Shown: piece after piece, positions 44,485-54,528 of the stretch
Layout of the letters: every line of letters starts with the position of its first letter
Position numbering within the stretch: the stretch's first letter is position 1
NCBI GenBank assembly: GCA_016218485.1
Contig: JACRDY010000041.1
Span: forward strand, 1-57,857
From: Candidatus Falkowbacteria bacterium
GTDB taxonomy: Bacteria > Patescibacteriota > Patescibacteriia > JACRDY01
DNA: 57,857 nucleotides
Reading direction: 5' to 3'
Notes under the pieces: generated by a model
What the model saw: only the letters and a program-made list of their open reading frames with translations
What the model was told of the DNA's origin: nothing
Database searches by the model: none
Translations under genes and position numbers: made by a program

Positions 44485-44847
44485 ATGGTGTCAGATATTC
44501 ATTACCAGCTCTGGAAAGGAGGGCATGAGAGTTGGTTTATCAACGTTGGTTACAAGGCAGTGCGTGGGCATAAACATCCTATCTCTCGCGGTTCCCGTGA
44601 GAACCGCGAACGGTTGAGGGGTATCATGGATAGGAAATGTGTGGTGAGTGTCACCGGAGTAGGTGCCGACATGCAGGGCGAAATCGCGAGACATCTCAAA
44701 AGGTACTGCGGAGCCGTCAGCCGGCAAGGTACGGATTTGCACGTATCCCTTCAGGCAGGGCAAACCGCGGTGGTCATCGCGGATGAGCTCGGAGAGGTTT
44801 TCGGCCAGATTTTCGCTGTCAACAAAGACGGCGTTGTCACGGTTTGA
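44485..44847 (+). CDS. Orphan hypothetical protein (120 aa)
   Basis: ATG 16 nt after a near-consensus promoter; the ORF-track TTG start is the -35 box. Confidence 0.6.
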   Translation: MVSDIHYQLWKGGHESWFINVGYKAVRGHKHPISRGSRENRERLRGIMDRKCVVSVTGVGADMQGEIARHLKRYCGAVSRQGTDLHVSLQAGQTAVVIADELGEVFGQIFAVNKDGVVTV

Positions 44848-45027
44848 AGACTTTGGAGAGTAGGGGATACATGTTCATTCTCGGTTGTTACGTTGGGTGA
44901 TAGTGTCTCGACGCAACAGCCAAGCGGCATACAATAACAACACGCGTCCGGACGTTGTGCACAAACGACACTATCGGACGCATTAGTTGTATCGTGGCTA
45001 TCGGTCCTGCCCCTCCGGTAGCCGTTT

Positions 45028-45155
45028 TTTTATCCAGCACATTCCTGTCGGGGTAGTACACGCCACAGGCATACTCTCTCAGCCATTCATCCAGCACCTT
45101 TCAGAATACCCCGTCAGCTTGCTGCGGGGTATTCTGAAAGGTGCTGGATTTATTT
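45028..45155. mobile_element. ATCCAGCAC-family element next to RAYT 2
   Basis: Halves match the 13203 and 56097 copies; hairpin gaataccccg...cggggtattc. Confidence 0.8.
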
Positions 45156-45202
45156 AAATAGTTTAGAATTATTTAATCTTTGGTGTGGTATGGTTTCGGG
45201 GT

Positions 45203-45901
45203 ATGGCGTATCCCCAAGATTATAATATCCACCGCCCGCCGCATCTCTACTCGGATGGTGAGATATATTTTATCACTTGCCGGACGGTGGATAAGAGGGA
45301 TTATTTTCATGGTTATGAAAATTTTATAGTCTCTAGTCTTAATTTAGCTAAAAATAAGTACCCTAGTAAATTATTTGCTTGGGCTATTCTTGGTAATCAT
45401 TACCATTTGTTATTAGAAGTGGTTAAAGGGAGAGACATTGCTAACATTATACGTTTTATTAATGGTCGTTCAGCGAAATTAATTCTTAATGAAATGAAAC
45501 GTGGGAGCGCACCCGGGAGCGACACGCCCTCTGGGCGTGTTACTGGGGTTCGGAACGACACAGCCTCCCCGGCCTCGTCAAGCGAAGCGGGGCGGGCTGG
45601 CGGTGTTATAGGTGGTATAGGTAAAACGATAACATGCCCAGAGGGCGTGTCGCTCCCCGGTAGACACTGCGTCTGGGAGCAGTATTTTGACCGATGTATT
45701 AGCACCGAGAAAGAATTTTACACCTATTTCAACTATATTAACCTTAACCCAATAAAGCACGGAAGAGTTAAAAACAAAAAGGAACTCCTAGAGTATCCCT
45801 TTTGCAGTTATCGGAATTGTGTAGATAAGTTCGGTCAGGCAGCAATGGATGATATCATTGCCCAGTATCCGGTGGAGGCGGGTGAGATGATGGGGGATTA
45901 A
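45203..45901 (+). CDS. REP-associated tyrosine transposase (RAYT) with an internal insertion
   Basis: YFITCRT, AWAILGNHYHLL (HUH), YFDRCI, NYINLNPIKHG, YPFCSY. Confidence 0.88.
   Translation: MAYPQDYNIHRPPHLYSDGEIYFITCRTVDKRDYFHGYENFIVSSLNLAKNKYPSKLFAWAILGNHYHLLLEVVKGRDIANIIRFINGRSAKLILNEMKRGSAPGSDTPSGRVTGVRNDTASPASSSEAGRAGGVIGGIGKTITCPEGVSLPGRHCVWEQYFDRCISTEKEFYTYFNYINLNPIKHGRVKNKKELLEYPFCSYRNCVDKFGQAAMDDIIAQYPVEAGEMMGD
45517..45655. repeat. Inverted REP doublet inside RAYT 2
   Basis: gagcgacacgccctctgggcgtgtta (45517-45542) and its near-perfect reverse complement (45630-45655). Confidence 0.85.
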
Positions 45902-45930
45902 AAGTAGATTAGATTATTTGAGAGAGGTAT

Positions 45931-47025
45931 TTATTGCCCAATATATTCAAAATGCATGGCATCACAGACGCTTTTAAAGTCTCCACCCCAGCGCCAACCT
46001 GCCGTTGATTTAAACGCGTTCATGACCGCATCGGGCAGATCATGGGGACAGACACCGGCCGGTTTTGGTTTCTTGTTAGGATTAGTGGATGGGTTAAAGT
46101 CGATTGCCAGACCATAAGAGTGTAGGCTCATTTTTTTCGGATTGTTGACATTGGGTCGGCAGTTGAATGTCCCGCCATTGATGAGTTTGTAGCCACCTAA
46201 TCCTGATGCATTAATTTTTGCAGCAACTTGACGTAAACTATCAGCGACTTTTTCGTTGATCATCAAGTATCCGTTACTAGTGGGGAAGTCAACCTTTGCT
46301 AATTTTACAGAGTCACAGACACCATAGGTGGTGGCGATTGATGCTTGATCAACGCTGCTAGTTGCTATTGGCTCCGAAGTTTCATTACCAGGAGTAATAT
46401 CTAGGGGTTCATACGCCACATACAGTATTTTTATCGGCTTGAGATTCACCAGCGCCGGATTGACGATTTTGAGCACCGTGTAACTGCCGAGCGCGATGAT
46501 GAGGCCGATGATTGCGCCGGTGATGTAGCCTTTGGCCGTGCCGATATTTTCCTGATTGCCGCCGGCGGTCAGCCAGATGAAGCCGCCGACCATGATCATG
46601 ATGACGGCCAGCACCCCGACAGCGGTCATGCCGAATTTGTACAGAGCGCCAATAAATTCAGCGATCCAGGGGATTTCGTAGTATTTAGCGCCGGATTCTT
46701 CCACAATCGGGACGTTGGAGGACAGCGTCAGACCCGGCAGCGGCGCCTCCAGCACCGGCGCGCTAAGCGGCGCGGTGGCTTTATCAGTGCCGGCTTTTTG
46801 GCAAGTGGCTATGTCACTGCAATTCTTTTTTTGGAAGTCGCCGCCCTTGCTGGCGCACTTCAGCTGATCAGTGCTGGTCCACGATTCCGGCATATCCTCG
46901 CACTGCGCTTTGAAGATACAGCAGCCGGGCGTGGCGGCTAGAGACATGAAAGGTAAGAATAACAAGTATCCTAGTGTTATGACTGTTATGAGCAGCTTAT
47001 GTCTCATACACAACTCGTTTATCAT
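45931..47025 (-). CDS. VirB2/TrbC pilin-like module fused to a C-terminal M15 Zn-peptidase
   Basis: Pilin-like hairpin MVGGFIWLTAGGNQE...GLIIALGSY; M15 motifs TFNCR, SLHSYGLAIDF, WGGDF, DAMHFE. Confidence 0.85.
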   Translation of the reverse strand: MINELCMRHKLLITVITLGYLLFLPFMSLAATPGCCIFKAQCEDMPESWTSTDQLKCASKGGDFQKKNCSDIATCQKAGTDKATAPLSAPVLEAPLPGLTLSSNVPIVEESGAKYYEIPWIAEFIGALYKFGMTAVGVLAVIMIMVGGFIWLTAGGNQENIGTAKGYITGAIIGLIIALGSYTVLKIVNPALVNLKPIKILYVAYEPLDITPGNETSEPIATSSVDQASIATTYGVCDSVKLAKVDFPTSNGYLMINEKVADSLRQVAAKINASGLGGYKLINGGTFNCRPNVNNPKKMSLHSYGLAIDFNPSTNPNKKPKPAGVCPHDLPDAVMNAFKSTAGWRWGGDFKSVCDAMHFEYIGQ

Positions 47026-48147
47026 TTAGTAGCCTACGGGATTAGGTCCGCCGATAAAGCACCATTGCTGCATGCAAACTTGTTTTGTCTGTGTCCAGCC
47101 AATACCGGTAAATAGCCCATTGCAAACTTCATATTTAGTTTTATGATTTTCAGATATTTTTGCTGCCAGCTCTCCACTGATAATGTTGTAAGTATTTTGA
47201 TCACACCAGTAACAACCATCTGTTGGCAGTGTGTTAGTAATATCCGCTTTAGCCAGCAGATCACTCAACCATTTGATATTAATCCAGACGCAGCTGCCGC
47301 GTTCATCATTCGCTAAACTTGTGATGCGAGCCTTAGGGTTTGTCGTAATACCGTCATTAATTTTTTGGCACGTAGATTGTTCTTCGGGTAGACCAGCCTT
47401 ACTCGTAAAGTCATCATTGAAATTTTTGCATGCCCCAGAGGGGAGCTGGTTGTCAAAGATTAGGTTGTTACTTTTGTCTGTTTGCGCCAGCGGTAAACAG
47501 AGTTTACCATTTGGACCAGTCATCCCGGTACAATTATTCTGATTATCACCCGAGCCGATTTGACAGCGCCAGCCGCATTTGATTTCATCACCACTTTTTA
47601 GGGTTACTTGTTGTCCTGTCGGATCAGTACAATTTATAGTTTCTTGGCTGGTGGGTACTTTTTCCGGACAAAAATCGCTAAGATAAGCTTGTTTAATCGC
47701 CGGGATGCGGAGCGGCGCGAAAATTACCAGTGACGGGTTAATAATCCGCATGACCGTGTAGCTGCCGAGCGCGATGATGAGGCCGATCAAAGCTCCAGTG
47801 ATGTAGCCCTTGGCCGTGCCGATATTCTCCTGGTTGCCCCCGGCGGTCAGCCAGATAAAACCGGCGACCATAATAACAATAACGGCCAGCACGCCAGCTG
47901 CGCCCACGCCAAAAGTATAGAGGTTTTCAATATATTTTGAAATATCTATTTTACCGCTGGTCAGTTGACCGAACGGAACCTCCAAGTCCAGTTCCGGCGC
48001 TTTGGCAATACAGGTATTGGCGTACCAGCGGTTGCCCGCTTGTTTGCATTCAGCTTCAGTCCAGCCGCCCTGGGCGAGCGCCGGGGTGACTATTAGAAAT
48101 GCCAGGCAGAAGAGGAAGAAAAATTGGAGGAGGTGTTTTTTGAACAT
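47026..48147 (-). CDS. VirB2/TrbC pilin-like module fused to a Cys-rich C-terminal domain
   Basis: Same module MVAGFIWLTAGGNQENIGTAKGYITG; Cys-rich tail; its TAA abuts the ATG of the next gene. Confidence 0.8.
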   Translation of the reverse strand: MFKKHLLQFFFLFCLAFLIVTPALAQGGWTEAECKQAGNRWYANTCIAKAPELDLEVPFGQLTSGKIDISKYIENLYTFGVGAAGVLAVIVIMVAGFIWLTAGGNQENIGTAKGYITGALIGLIIALGSYTVMRIINPSLVIFAPLRIPAIKQAYLSDFCPEKVPTSQETINCTDPTGQQVTLKSGDEIKCGWRCQIGSGDNQNNCTGMTGPNGKLCLPLAQTDKSNNLIFDNQLPSGACKNFNDDFTSKAGLPEEQSTCQKINDGITTNPKARITSLANDERGSCVWINIKWLSDLLAKADITNTLPTDGCYWCDQNTYNIISGELAAKISENHKTKYEVCNGLFTGIGWTQTKQVCMQQWCFIGGPNPVGY

Positions 48148-48165
48148 AGGGAAGGTGGTTCTCTA

Positions 48166-48243
48166 GAGTGACACAGCCTTTGGCTGTGTTATGACATAGC
48201 TCCAGCCGTGCTGTTTATAACACAGCCAGAGGCTGTGTCACTC
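48166..48243. repeat. Intergenic inverted REP doublet related to the one in RAYT 2
   Basis: gagtgacacagcctttggctgtgtta ... taacacagccagaggctgtgtcactc. Confidence 0.85.
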
Positions 48244-48255
48244 CCACGAACGTAT

Positions 48256-49497
48256 CTACTTCAGCTTAATCTGCTGCAAAGTACCGCTGAATGTATCAAC
48301 AAAAGAGAGCGTGCCGCCGTCTTGGCTGACCACCAGGTTCTGGCCGTTGTATTCGCCCTCGGGTACGGCCAAGAGCGCGGTGGTGTCGTTCGTCAGATCA
48401 ATCCGGTAAAAGTCATCCGGCACGCCGGCGGCGTATTCCGGCACCAGGCCGCTGCCGCGCTCCAGCTGCTTTGGTACGGCGCAGTAGACAGTATTCGTGT
48501 CCGCAAACGTGCATTTATCAGCCCAGGTCTGGATGTTCAAGGGAGTGCGGTTGGCGCCAATACTGTCGCCGGCGGCATCCACGATCCAGAGTGAGGGGTT
48601 GAGGTTGGTGGCGCTGTGGTAGACGCTGTACAGCAGGCGGTTGCCATCCGGTGCCCAGCGCTGCCGGAAGTCGCGGCCTTCAATAATAGAAACATTGAAC
48701 CGTTCTTTGTTCTGGCCGATGAAGTAGAGGTATTGCTGTTCCAGGTTGATACTCTCATTGAAGGTGGCGATGATCTGCTGATTGGGCGACCAGTCCACGT
48801 GAACGTTTTCATCTTGTGCTCCGAGTGTTTCAATCCGGCGGAAGCCGGAGCCGTCATCGTTGGCGGTGGAGAGGTACCGATCCGCCTCATCCACCGTCCA
48901 GTTTTTGAAGACCAGCTGGTCATTATTCGGCGAAAAGGCAAAGTCTTTCCACTGTTTAGGCAGTGTCACCTGTTTTTTGTTGGTGAAATTGTAGACGATA
49001 TTGGCGCCATCGGGGTATTCCAGCACCACCTTGTCGCGCTGCGGCGACCAGGTGACGGTCTGGACGTTACTGAAGACTTTGTCATCAAGCGCGATTGCCA
49101 CGCCGGCGCGCTCAACGCGGTAAAATTTGCCATCGCCGGGGTTGTAGTAGACAATGCCGTTGCCGTCGGCGCTGGGTACCGCGCTACTGGCCGGGCCGCT
49201 GGCGAGGCTGGTGACACGCGTCAATCCGCCATTGGCCACCGCCGCGGCGCCGGAGGGAGCGGCCGTGGGGACGTTCTGCGCCGGTACCAGCTTGCCATTG
49301 ACATTAATGTAAATCGGGCGGTTAAGGTTGGCGCCGGCGCTGGGCAGGCCGTTGACAATACCCTCATTGACGGCGTTGAGCGGCGCGCCTGGCTCAATGG
49401 TCGGCCGCAGGAACAGGTAGTAGAGCAGGTAGCCGAGAATCAGCGTCAGGGCAATAAAGACAATAATGAAAATGATTTTTTTAGCGCGGTCTGACAT
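48256..49497 (-). CDS. Membrane-anchored beta-propeller (TolB/WD40-like) protein
   Basis: N-terminal TM; repeated blades VTWSPQRD, FAFSPNND, VDWSPNQQ, RWAPDGN. Confidence 0.78.
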   Translation of the reverse strand: MSDRAKKIIFIIVFIALTLILGYLLYYLFLRPTIEPGAPLNAVNEGIVNGLPSAGANLNRPIYINVNGKLVPAQNVPTAAPSGAAAVANGGLTRVTSLASGPASSAVPSADGNGIVYYNPGDGKFYRVERAGVAIALDDKVFSNVQTVTWSPQRDKVVLEYPDGANIVYNFTNKKQVTLPKQWKDFAFSPNNDQLVFKNWTVDEADRYLSTANDDGSGFRRIETLGAQDENVHVDWSPNQQIIATFNESINLEQQYLYFIGQNKERFNVSIIEGRDFRQRWAPDGNRLLYSVYHSATNLNPSLWIVDAAGDSIGANRTPLNIQTWADKCTFADTNTVYCAVPKQLERGSGLVPEYAAGVPDDFYRIDLTNDTTALLAVPEGEYNGQNLVVSQDGGTLSFVDTFSGTLQQIKLK

Positions 49498-49513
49498 AGG
49501 TCAATGTTAGCGG

Positions 49514-51055
49514 TTAAAAGCAATTGAAGGGGATAAGGGTGGTCAGCTTAATACCTGAACCAATAACACCACCGATTGAATCACCCATCGCCGCGCGTCC
49601 GGCGCAGCTGAACATCGTACTGATGGATAAGATGGCAATAGCGATTACCAAGAGCAGGATGATATCTACTAGCACCAGGCCGGCGATTTCAAAAATTTCT
49701 ATTGGTTTACTCTCAATTTCCTTGGCTTTCATGGCAGCGTCAGAATTACTGCCCGCGCCTAGGCTTTTGATATTTGATTCAATAAACCACTCCATCCCCG
49801 GCCTGACAAAAGCTTTTTTAAAGGGACCACCGTAATAGTACATGGTAAAATGAAAGTTGATGTAGAGAATCGTCAGACCGAAACTGTCCAGTATGTTTAT
49901 CCATGACAGTTTGAGCAGGTAGGCGGTGGCCAGTTGGGTGGCTTGCTTGGCCACGGCGACTTTGGTCTGTGCGGACTCTTTCATTTTTTTCAGTCTGGCT
50001 TTTTCTGCGCGCAGGCGATTGGCCACTGCTTTTTGGCCTGCATTGACTTTGCCGACGCCGGTCTTGGCCGCGCTGCCGACTTTCTTGGCGCCCCGCCCGA
50101 GGCTGGTATTCCCCGCCCAGTCACCAGCCTTTTTGGCGCCACCTTTGACTTTATCACCGACGAACTGCTTACCCTTGTTGATGGTGTCACTGGCGGCTTG
50201 TTTTCTCTTGTTGAGGCCTTGTCCGATATTACCGGCGGTATCTCTGGCAAATTGCGCTCCTCGGTTCAGGCCGCTTTTGGCGGCATTTATACCTTGTCCG
50301 ACTCGTGCCGCGCCAGCTCGCGCTTTTTGACCGGCGGCGGTGTCTCCCAGCCGCCGTCCGAGGTTGGCCGCGCCTTTGCCGGCTAGTTTACCCGCGCCTT
50401 TCAGACCTTGACCCGCCAGTCTGCCGGCGCCTTTAACACCCCGATCAATAATGTCGTTATTCTTGTTAAGGGCTCTGCCAACGTTGCCGAGTTTTTGCGC
50501 GCCCCGCCCGGCCAGAGCGCCGGCTTTTTTGGCGCCCCGCCCGACACTAGTGTTACCCGCCCAGTTGGCGGCCTGACCCGCTCCTCGTTTGACTGCCTGC
50601 TTGCCCTGGTTAATTTTACCGCCCACCGCCTGTTTGGCTTGGCCGACACCCTGGCGAACGCCCGCCGCGGTGTTTCTCGCGGCATTGTAGCCTTGTCCGG
50701 CCACGTTAGCGGCTTTTTTAGCTCCACGTCCGGCAGCGGTATTTCCCGCCCAGTTGGCCGCTTGTCCGGCGCCTTGTTTCACTGCTTGTTTACCGCGGGT
50801 GGCCGCGCCGCCGACGAACTGTTTACCCTTGTTGATGGTGTCGCCGACCGCTTGTTTTCTCCGATTAAGGCCTTCTTTGGCGGCCGCGGTTTTTGCTCTG
50901 GCGGCTTGTCCCAGCTGCTGGGCTCGTTGTCCGGTTTGCTGGAGACGACGAAAGGCTTCCGGCACCGGATCGTCTGCCGCGTGACGGTAGCTCCTGGCGC
51001 GACGCAGAGCCCGGCGTCGAGCCCGATCATCCGGTTGTACGGTATCAACAACCAT
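49514..51055 (-). CDS. Gly/Ala/Lys-rich repeat protein with C-terminal membrane segments
   Basis: Three WAGNT..GRGAKK repeats, two DTINKGKQFVG repeats, hydrophobic C-terminus. Confidence 0.75.
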   Translation of the reverse strand: MVVDTVQPDDRARRRALRRARSYRHAADDPVPEAFRRLQQTGQRAQQLGQAARAKTAAAKEGLNRRKQAVGDTINKGKQFVGGAATRGKQAVKQGAGQAANWAGNTAAGRGAKKAANVAGQGYNAARNTAAGVRQGVGQAKQAVGGKINQGKQAVKRGAGQAANWAGNTSVGRGAKKAGALAGRGAQKLGNVGRALNKNNDIIDRGVKGAGRLAGQGLKGAGKLAGKGAANLGRRLGDTAAGQKARAGAARVGQGINAAKSGLNRGAQFARDTAGNIGQGLNKRKQAASDTINKGKQFVGDKVKGGAKKAGDWAGNTSLGRGAKKVGSAAKTGVGKVNAGQKAVANRLRAEKARLKKMKESAQTKVAVAKQATQLATAYLLKLSWINILDSFGLTILYINFHFTMYYYGGPFKKAFVRPGMEWFIESNIKSLGAGSNSDAAMKAKEIESKPIEIFEIAGLVLVDIILLLVIAIAILSISTMFSCAGRAAMGDSIGGVIGSGIKLTTLIPFNCF

Positions 51056-51064
51056 AAAAATAGT

Positions 51065-53551
51065 TTAGACTAAGATTATGGTACCGCGCGCCACGGTCAG
51101 TTTGATTGTACCATTTTTTTTGACTTTTTTCTCTAACAGCAGCTCCGACAGGGGATTTTCCACCAGTTCCTGAATGTTTTTGCGGATTTGGCGCGCTCCC
51201 TGCTGGGGGTCAAAGTCTTTTTGAGCTAAGCAGGCAATGGCTTTGGCCGTGGTTTGGAGTTTGACCTTTTGCTGCTTGAGGCGGGTATTGAGCGCGGAGA
51301 GCTGCAGAGTGACGATGGTTTGCAGGTGCGTTTTACCCAGCGGGCGGAAGAAGATGATCTTGTCAATGCGGTTGAGGAACTCCGGGCGGAATTGGTCGGC
51401 CAGGCTTTTTTCTAAATACCCCTTCATTTCTTCATACAGGTCGGCGTTGCCGGACAGGTCGTCAAAACCAATTTTTTTGGCGGTGACAAAGTCCTTGAGG
51501 CCGACGTTACTGGTCATGATAATGATGGTGTTCTTGAAGTTGATTTTTTTGCCCGTGGCGTCTGTCAGTTCGCCGTCTTCCATAACTTGTAAGAGAATAT
51601 TAAAAATTTCCGGGTGTGCCTTTTCAATCTCGTCAAACAGCACCACGCTGTAGGGACGGCGACGGACGGCTTCGGTCAGCGCGCCGCTCTCGCGGTAGCC
51701 AACGTAGCCGGGGGGCGAGCCGATCAGCTTACTGACGTTGAAGCTCTCGCGGAATTCTGACATGTCTATTTTGATCAGGGCGTCGTGGTCTTCAAACAGC
51801 TCTTCGGCCAGCACCTTGGCCAGTTCCGTCTTGCCGACGCCGGAGGGGCCGAGGAAGATGAATGAGCCGATGGGGCGTTTTTCTAGGGCGATGCCGGCAC
51901 GGGTGCGGCGAATAGCTTGGGCGAGCTCGGTGATTGCTTCATCTTGTCCGATGATGTGCGCTTTGAGGTGCTGTTCCAAGTGCAGAATTTTGTCTTTTTC
52001 ACTCTCCACCAGTTCGGACAGGGGAATGCCGGTCATTTTGGCGACGAGCTCGGCAATGTCCCGGTCGGTGATTTTGCCCAGGGACTTCTTCTGCTGCTTC
52101 TGCCATTCTTCGCGAGCCGCCCGCAGCTCTTCTTTGGCGGCGACTTCCTGGTCTTTGTACTCCAGCGCTTCAGTGTACTGCTCGCTGATGATGGCCTGCC
52201 GCTTGTTGCGCTCCAAAAGATCCAGTCCGCGTTCGATTTTTTTTATCTTCTGGACCAGGCCTTGGCTATCCTGCTGGACGCGGATGCGCGCCGCCGCCTC
52301 ATCCAGGAGATCAATGGCTTTGTCGGGCAGGAAGCGGTCGGCAATGTAGCGAGCCGACAGGCGCACGGCCGCGGTAATGGCCTCGTCGCCGATTTCCACG
52401 TGGTGGAATTTTTCATAATTCCCCTTGATACCCTGGAGAATGGCGATGGTTTTGTCTTTACTCGGCTCTTTGACCTGCACTGGCTGGAAACGGCGCTCCA
52501 GCGCGGCATCAGACTCAATATGCTTGCGGTATTCTTCCAGTGTGGTGGCGCCAATACAGCGGATCTCGCCCCGGGCCAGCGCCGGCTTGAGGATATTGGC
52601 GGCGTCCATGGAGCCGGGGGCGGCGCCGGCGCCGGTCAGCGTGTGGACTTCATCAATAAACAGGATAATCTCGGGATCGCGTTTAATTTCCACTACCATA
52701 TTCTTGAGCCGCTGTTCAAATTCGCCGCGGTACATGGTGCCGGCGAGCATCAAGCCCAAGTCCAGGTTGAGAATCCGTTTGTCCAGGAGAATGTCTGGCA
52801 CGTCGCCGTGGAGGATTTTTTTGGCCAGGCCTTCCACAATGGCGGTTTTGCCCACGCCCGGGTCGCCGAGCAGCACAGGGTTGTTTTTGTTGCGTCGGGA
52901 CAGCACCTGGATGACCCGTTCGATCTCTTCCTCGCGGCCGATGACCGGGTCAATATCCTGCTGGGTAGTCTCATCAGTTAGGTCGGTGGTGAAGAGCTCG
53001 AGGATGCTGCCTTGATTGCCGGCGCCGGCAATCATGACCTTTTCCATGTCTTCCGGTCCGCCAAAGTCTTTAGCCGAATCAAACGCCTTGGTGATATCGG
53101 GAAACTTTGAGGTGCTGCGCAGGATGATACTCAATTGCTGCTGGATGTCCCCGAGATTGATACTATTTTTAGTGAGCGCTTCTTTGACCAGCGCATGACC
53201 GGACTCCAAGAGCGCGCTAAGCAGGTGCTCGGTACCGACGTAGCGATGGTTGAAGAGGTTGGCGGTCAGGACCGCGCGTTGGATGATTTTTTTCGTTTCT
53301 TCAGACAGGCGGGGTACTGCATCGGTGGTCATGATGGGATTTTTTTCTTGGATAGTCTGGCGCAGCGCCTCTTCCTTGAGCTGGAATTTATTGAGAATTT
53401 CCGAGCTGACACTGCCGCGGTACGCCAGCAGGCCGTAGAGCAGGTGCTCCGGGTTGACGGTCGGTTGCTTCAGTTCCCACGCCAAATCATGGGCTCGGCT
53501 CAACGTCTGCTTGAGGTTGTCGGTGAATTTTTCCTGCAGCGGATTGCTCAT
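51065..53551 (-). CDS. clpC: Clp ATPase, ClpC type
   Basis: Clp-N repeats, [17 protein letters not shown]-like middle domain, [17 protein letters not shown]. Confidence 0.93.
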   Translation of the reverse strand: MSNPLQEKFTDNLKQTLSRAHDLAWELKQPTVNPEHLLYGLLAYRGSVSSEILNKFQLKEEALRQTIQEKNPIMTTDAVPRLSEETKKIIQRAVLTANLFNHRYVGTEHLLSALLESGHALVKEALTKNSINLGDIQQQLSIILRSTSKFPDITKAFDSAKDFGGPEDMEKVMIAGAGNQGSILELFTTDLTDETTQQDIDPVIGREEEIERVIQVLSRRNKNNPVLLGDPGVGKTAIVEGLAKKILHGDVPDILLDKRILNLDLGLMLAGTMYRGEFEQRLKNMVVEIKRDPEIILFIDEVHTLTGAGAAPGSMDAANILKPALARGEIRCIGATTLEEYRKHIESDAALERRFQPVQVKEPSKDKTIAILQGIKGNYEKFHHVEIGDEAITAAVRLSARYIADRFLPDKAIDLLDEAAARIRVQQDSQGLVQKIKKIERGLDLLERNKRQAIISEQYTEALEYKDQEVAAKEELRAAREEWQKQQKKSLGKITDRDIAELVAKMTGIPLSELVESEKDKILHLEQHLKAHIIGQDEAITELAQAIRRTRAGIALEKRPIGSFIFLGPSGVGKTELAKVLAEELFEDHDALIKIDMSEFRESFNVSKLIGSPPGYVGYRESGALTEAVRRRPYSVVLFDEIEKAHPEIFNILLQVMEDGELTDATGKKINFKNTIIIMTSNVGLKDFVTAKKIGFDDLSGNADLYEEMKGYLEKSLADQFRPEFLNRIDKIIFFRPLGKTHLQTIVTLQLSALNTRLKQQKVKLQTTAKAIACLAQKDFDPQQGARQIRKNIQELVENPLSELLLEKKVKKNGTIKLTVARGTIILV

Positions 53552-53564
53552 TGGGTCTGAGAGG

Positions 53565-54302
53565 TTAGACAGCGGCGGCCGGGGCGTGGGTATCGTGGAG
53601 ACTGGCGTAGAGGCGGTAGGTGTAGATGACCGCGAAAGGCGAGAAGAATAGATTAAAGATGAGAGAGAGCAGGGTAGCGAGCTGTTTGAGATTTGATGGC
53701 AGTAGCCAGGTGAGCGCGATGGTCATGGCGTAGAGTACGAGTCCGAGGAGACCAATGACGAGCAATCGGCCGAACACGGCCCACCAGCGGCCTTTGATCA
53801 GCGCCCAGCTGGTTGCGGCGGCGCGGAAGCCTTTGATCTGTTGATCAATCATGACGTAGGAGTACAGGCTGTAGTAGACGCCGACGATGATGCCGGGAAT
53901 GATCAGGAGCAGCGCCGCCAGCATAGTGATGATGCCGACCACCAGTCCGACCCAGAAGAATGACCAGAGCAGGCTGACGTTTTGATTAAAAGCGTCGCTG
54001 ATCGTCAGGCTGCGATTGTTATTCTTGATGTAGGTGATGAGCGCGACCGAACCCCAGATACCGGTGACAATAGAGAGGAGGGCGAAGAGGAATATCAGGC
54101 TGCCGAGGAGCGTTTGTGGCGCGCTGGGGAGGTCAGAGAGCGTGGCGAGACCAATATTAATGAGAGAGGGCGCCACCATGACCAGGGTGATCTTTAGCAG
54201 CGGACTGAAGTGTTCTCTGAACAGTTGCCAGCTGGCGCGCAGGAGATCGCTGGGGGCAGGTAATGGTTTGCTGGCGGCGACTGGGGGGGTTAGTTCGGGC
54301 AT
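53565..54302 (-). CDS. Polytopic membrane protein, function unknown
   Basis: About six hydrophobic helices; LLLIIPGIIVGVYYSL...SWALIKGRWWAVFGR. Confidence 0.75.
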   Translation of the reverse strand: MPELTPPVAASKPLPAPSDLLRASWQLFREHFSPLLKITLVMVAPSLINIGLATLSDLPSAPQTLLGSLIFLFALLSIVTGIWGSVALITYIKNNNRSLTISDAFNQNVSLLWSFFWVGLVVGIITMLAALLLIIPGIIVGVYYSLYSYVMIDQQIKGFRAAATSWALIKGRWWAVFGRLLVIGLLGLVLYAMTIALTWLLPSNLKQLATLLSLIFNLFFSPFAVIYTYRLYASLHDTHAPAAAV

Positions 54303-54375
54303 AGGAGGTTGGTTAGAAATTATCAGCTTGGGGCTGATCCGCCTTGGGCGGAGATATTAGAAATTTAGGGAAAAT

Positions 54376-54510
54376 AGTTCAAAGTTCAAAATCCCCCTCC
54401 CGAGGCGGGCAGGCAAGTTCAAAATCCCAAGTTCAAAAGGTCCACCGTTGGTATCTTTTGAACTTTGTCATTGGGCATTGATTTGAACTTTAGGTTTTGA
54501 ACTTTGAACT
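54376..54510. repeat. Dispersed inverted array, AAGTTCAA family, with nested cccgaggcgggcaggc
   Basis: Near-identical core to 16264-16433. Confidence 0.82.
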
Positions 54511-54528
54511 TTATTTATCATTTTCCTG

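Noticed and set aside
48616-52981. Long antisense ORFs (292 aa at 48616, 354 aa at 51917, 263 aa at 28874, and the many shorter ones)
   Set aside because: They are shadows of well-supported genes on the opposite strand in GC-rich coding DNA, with no motifs
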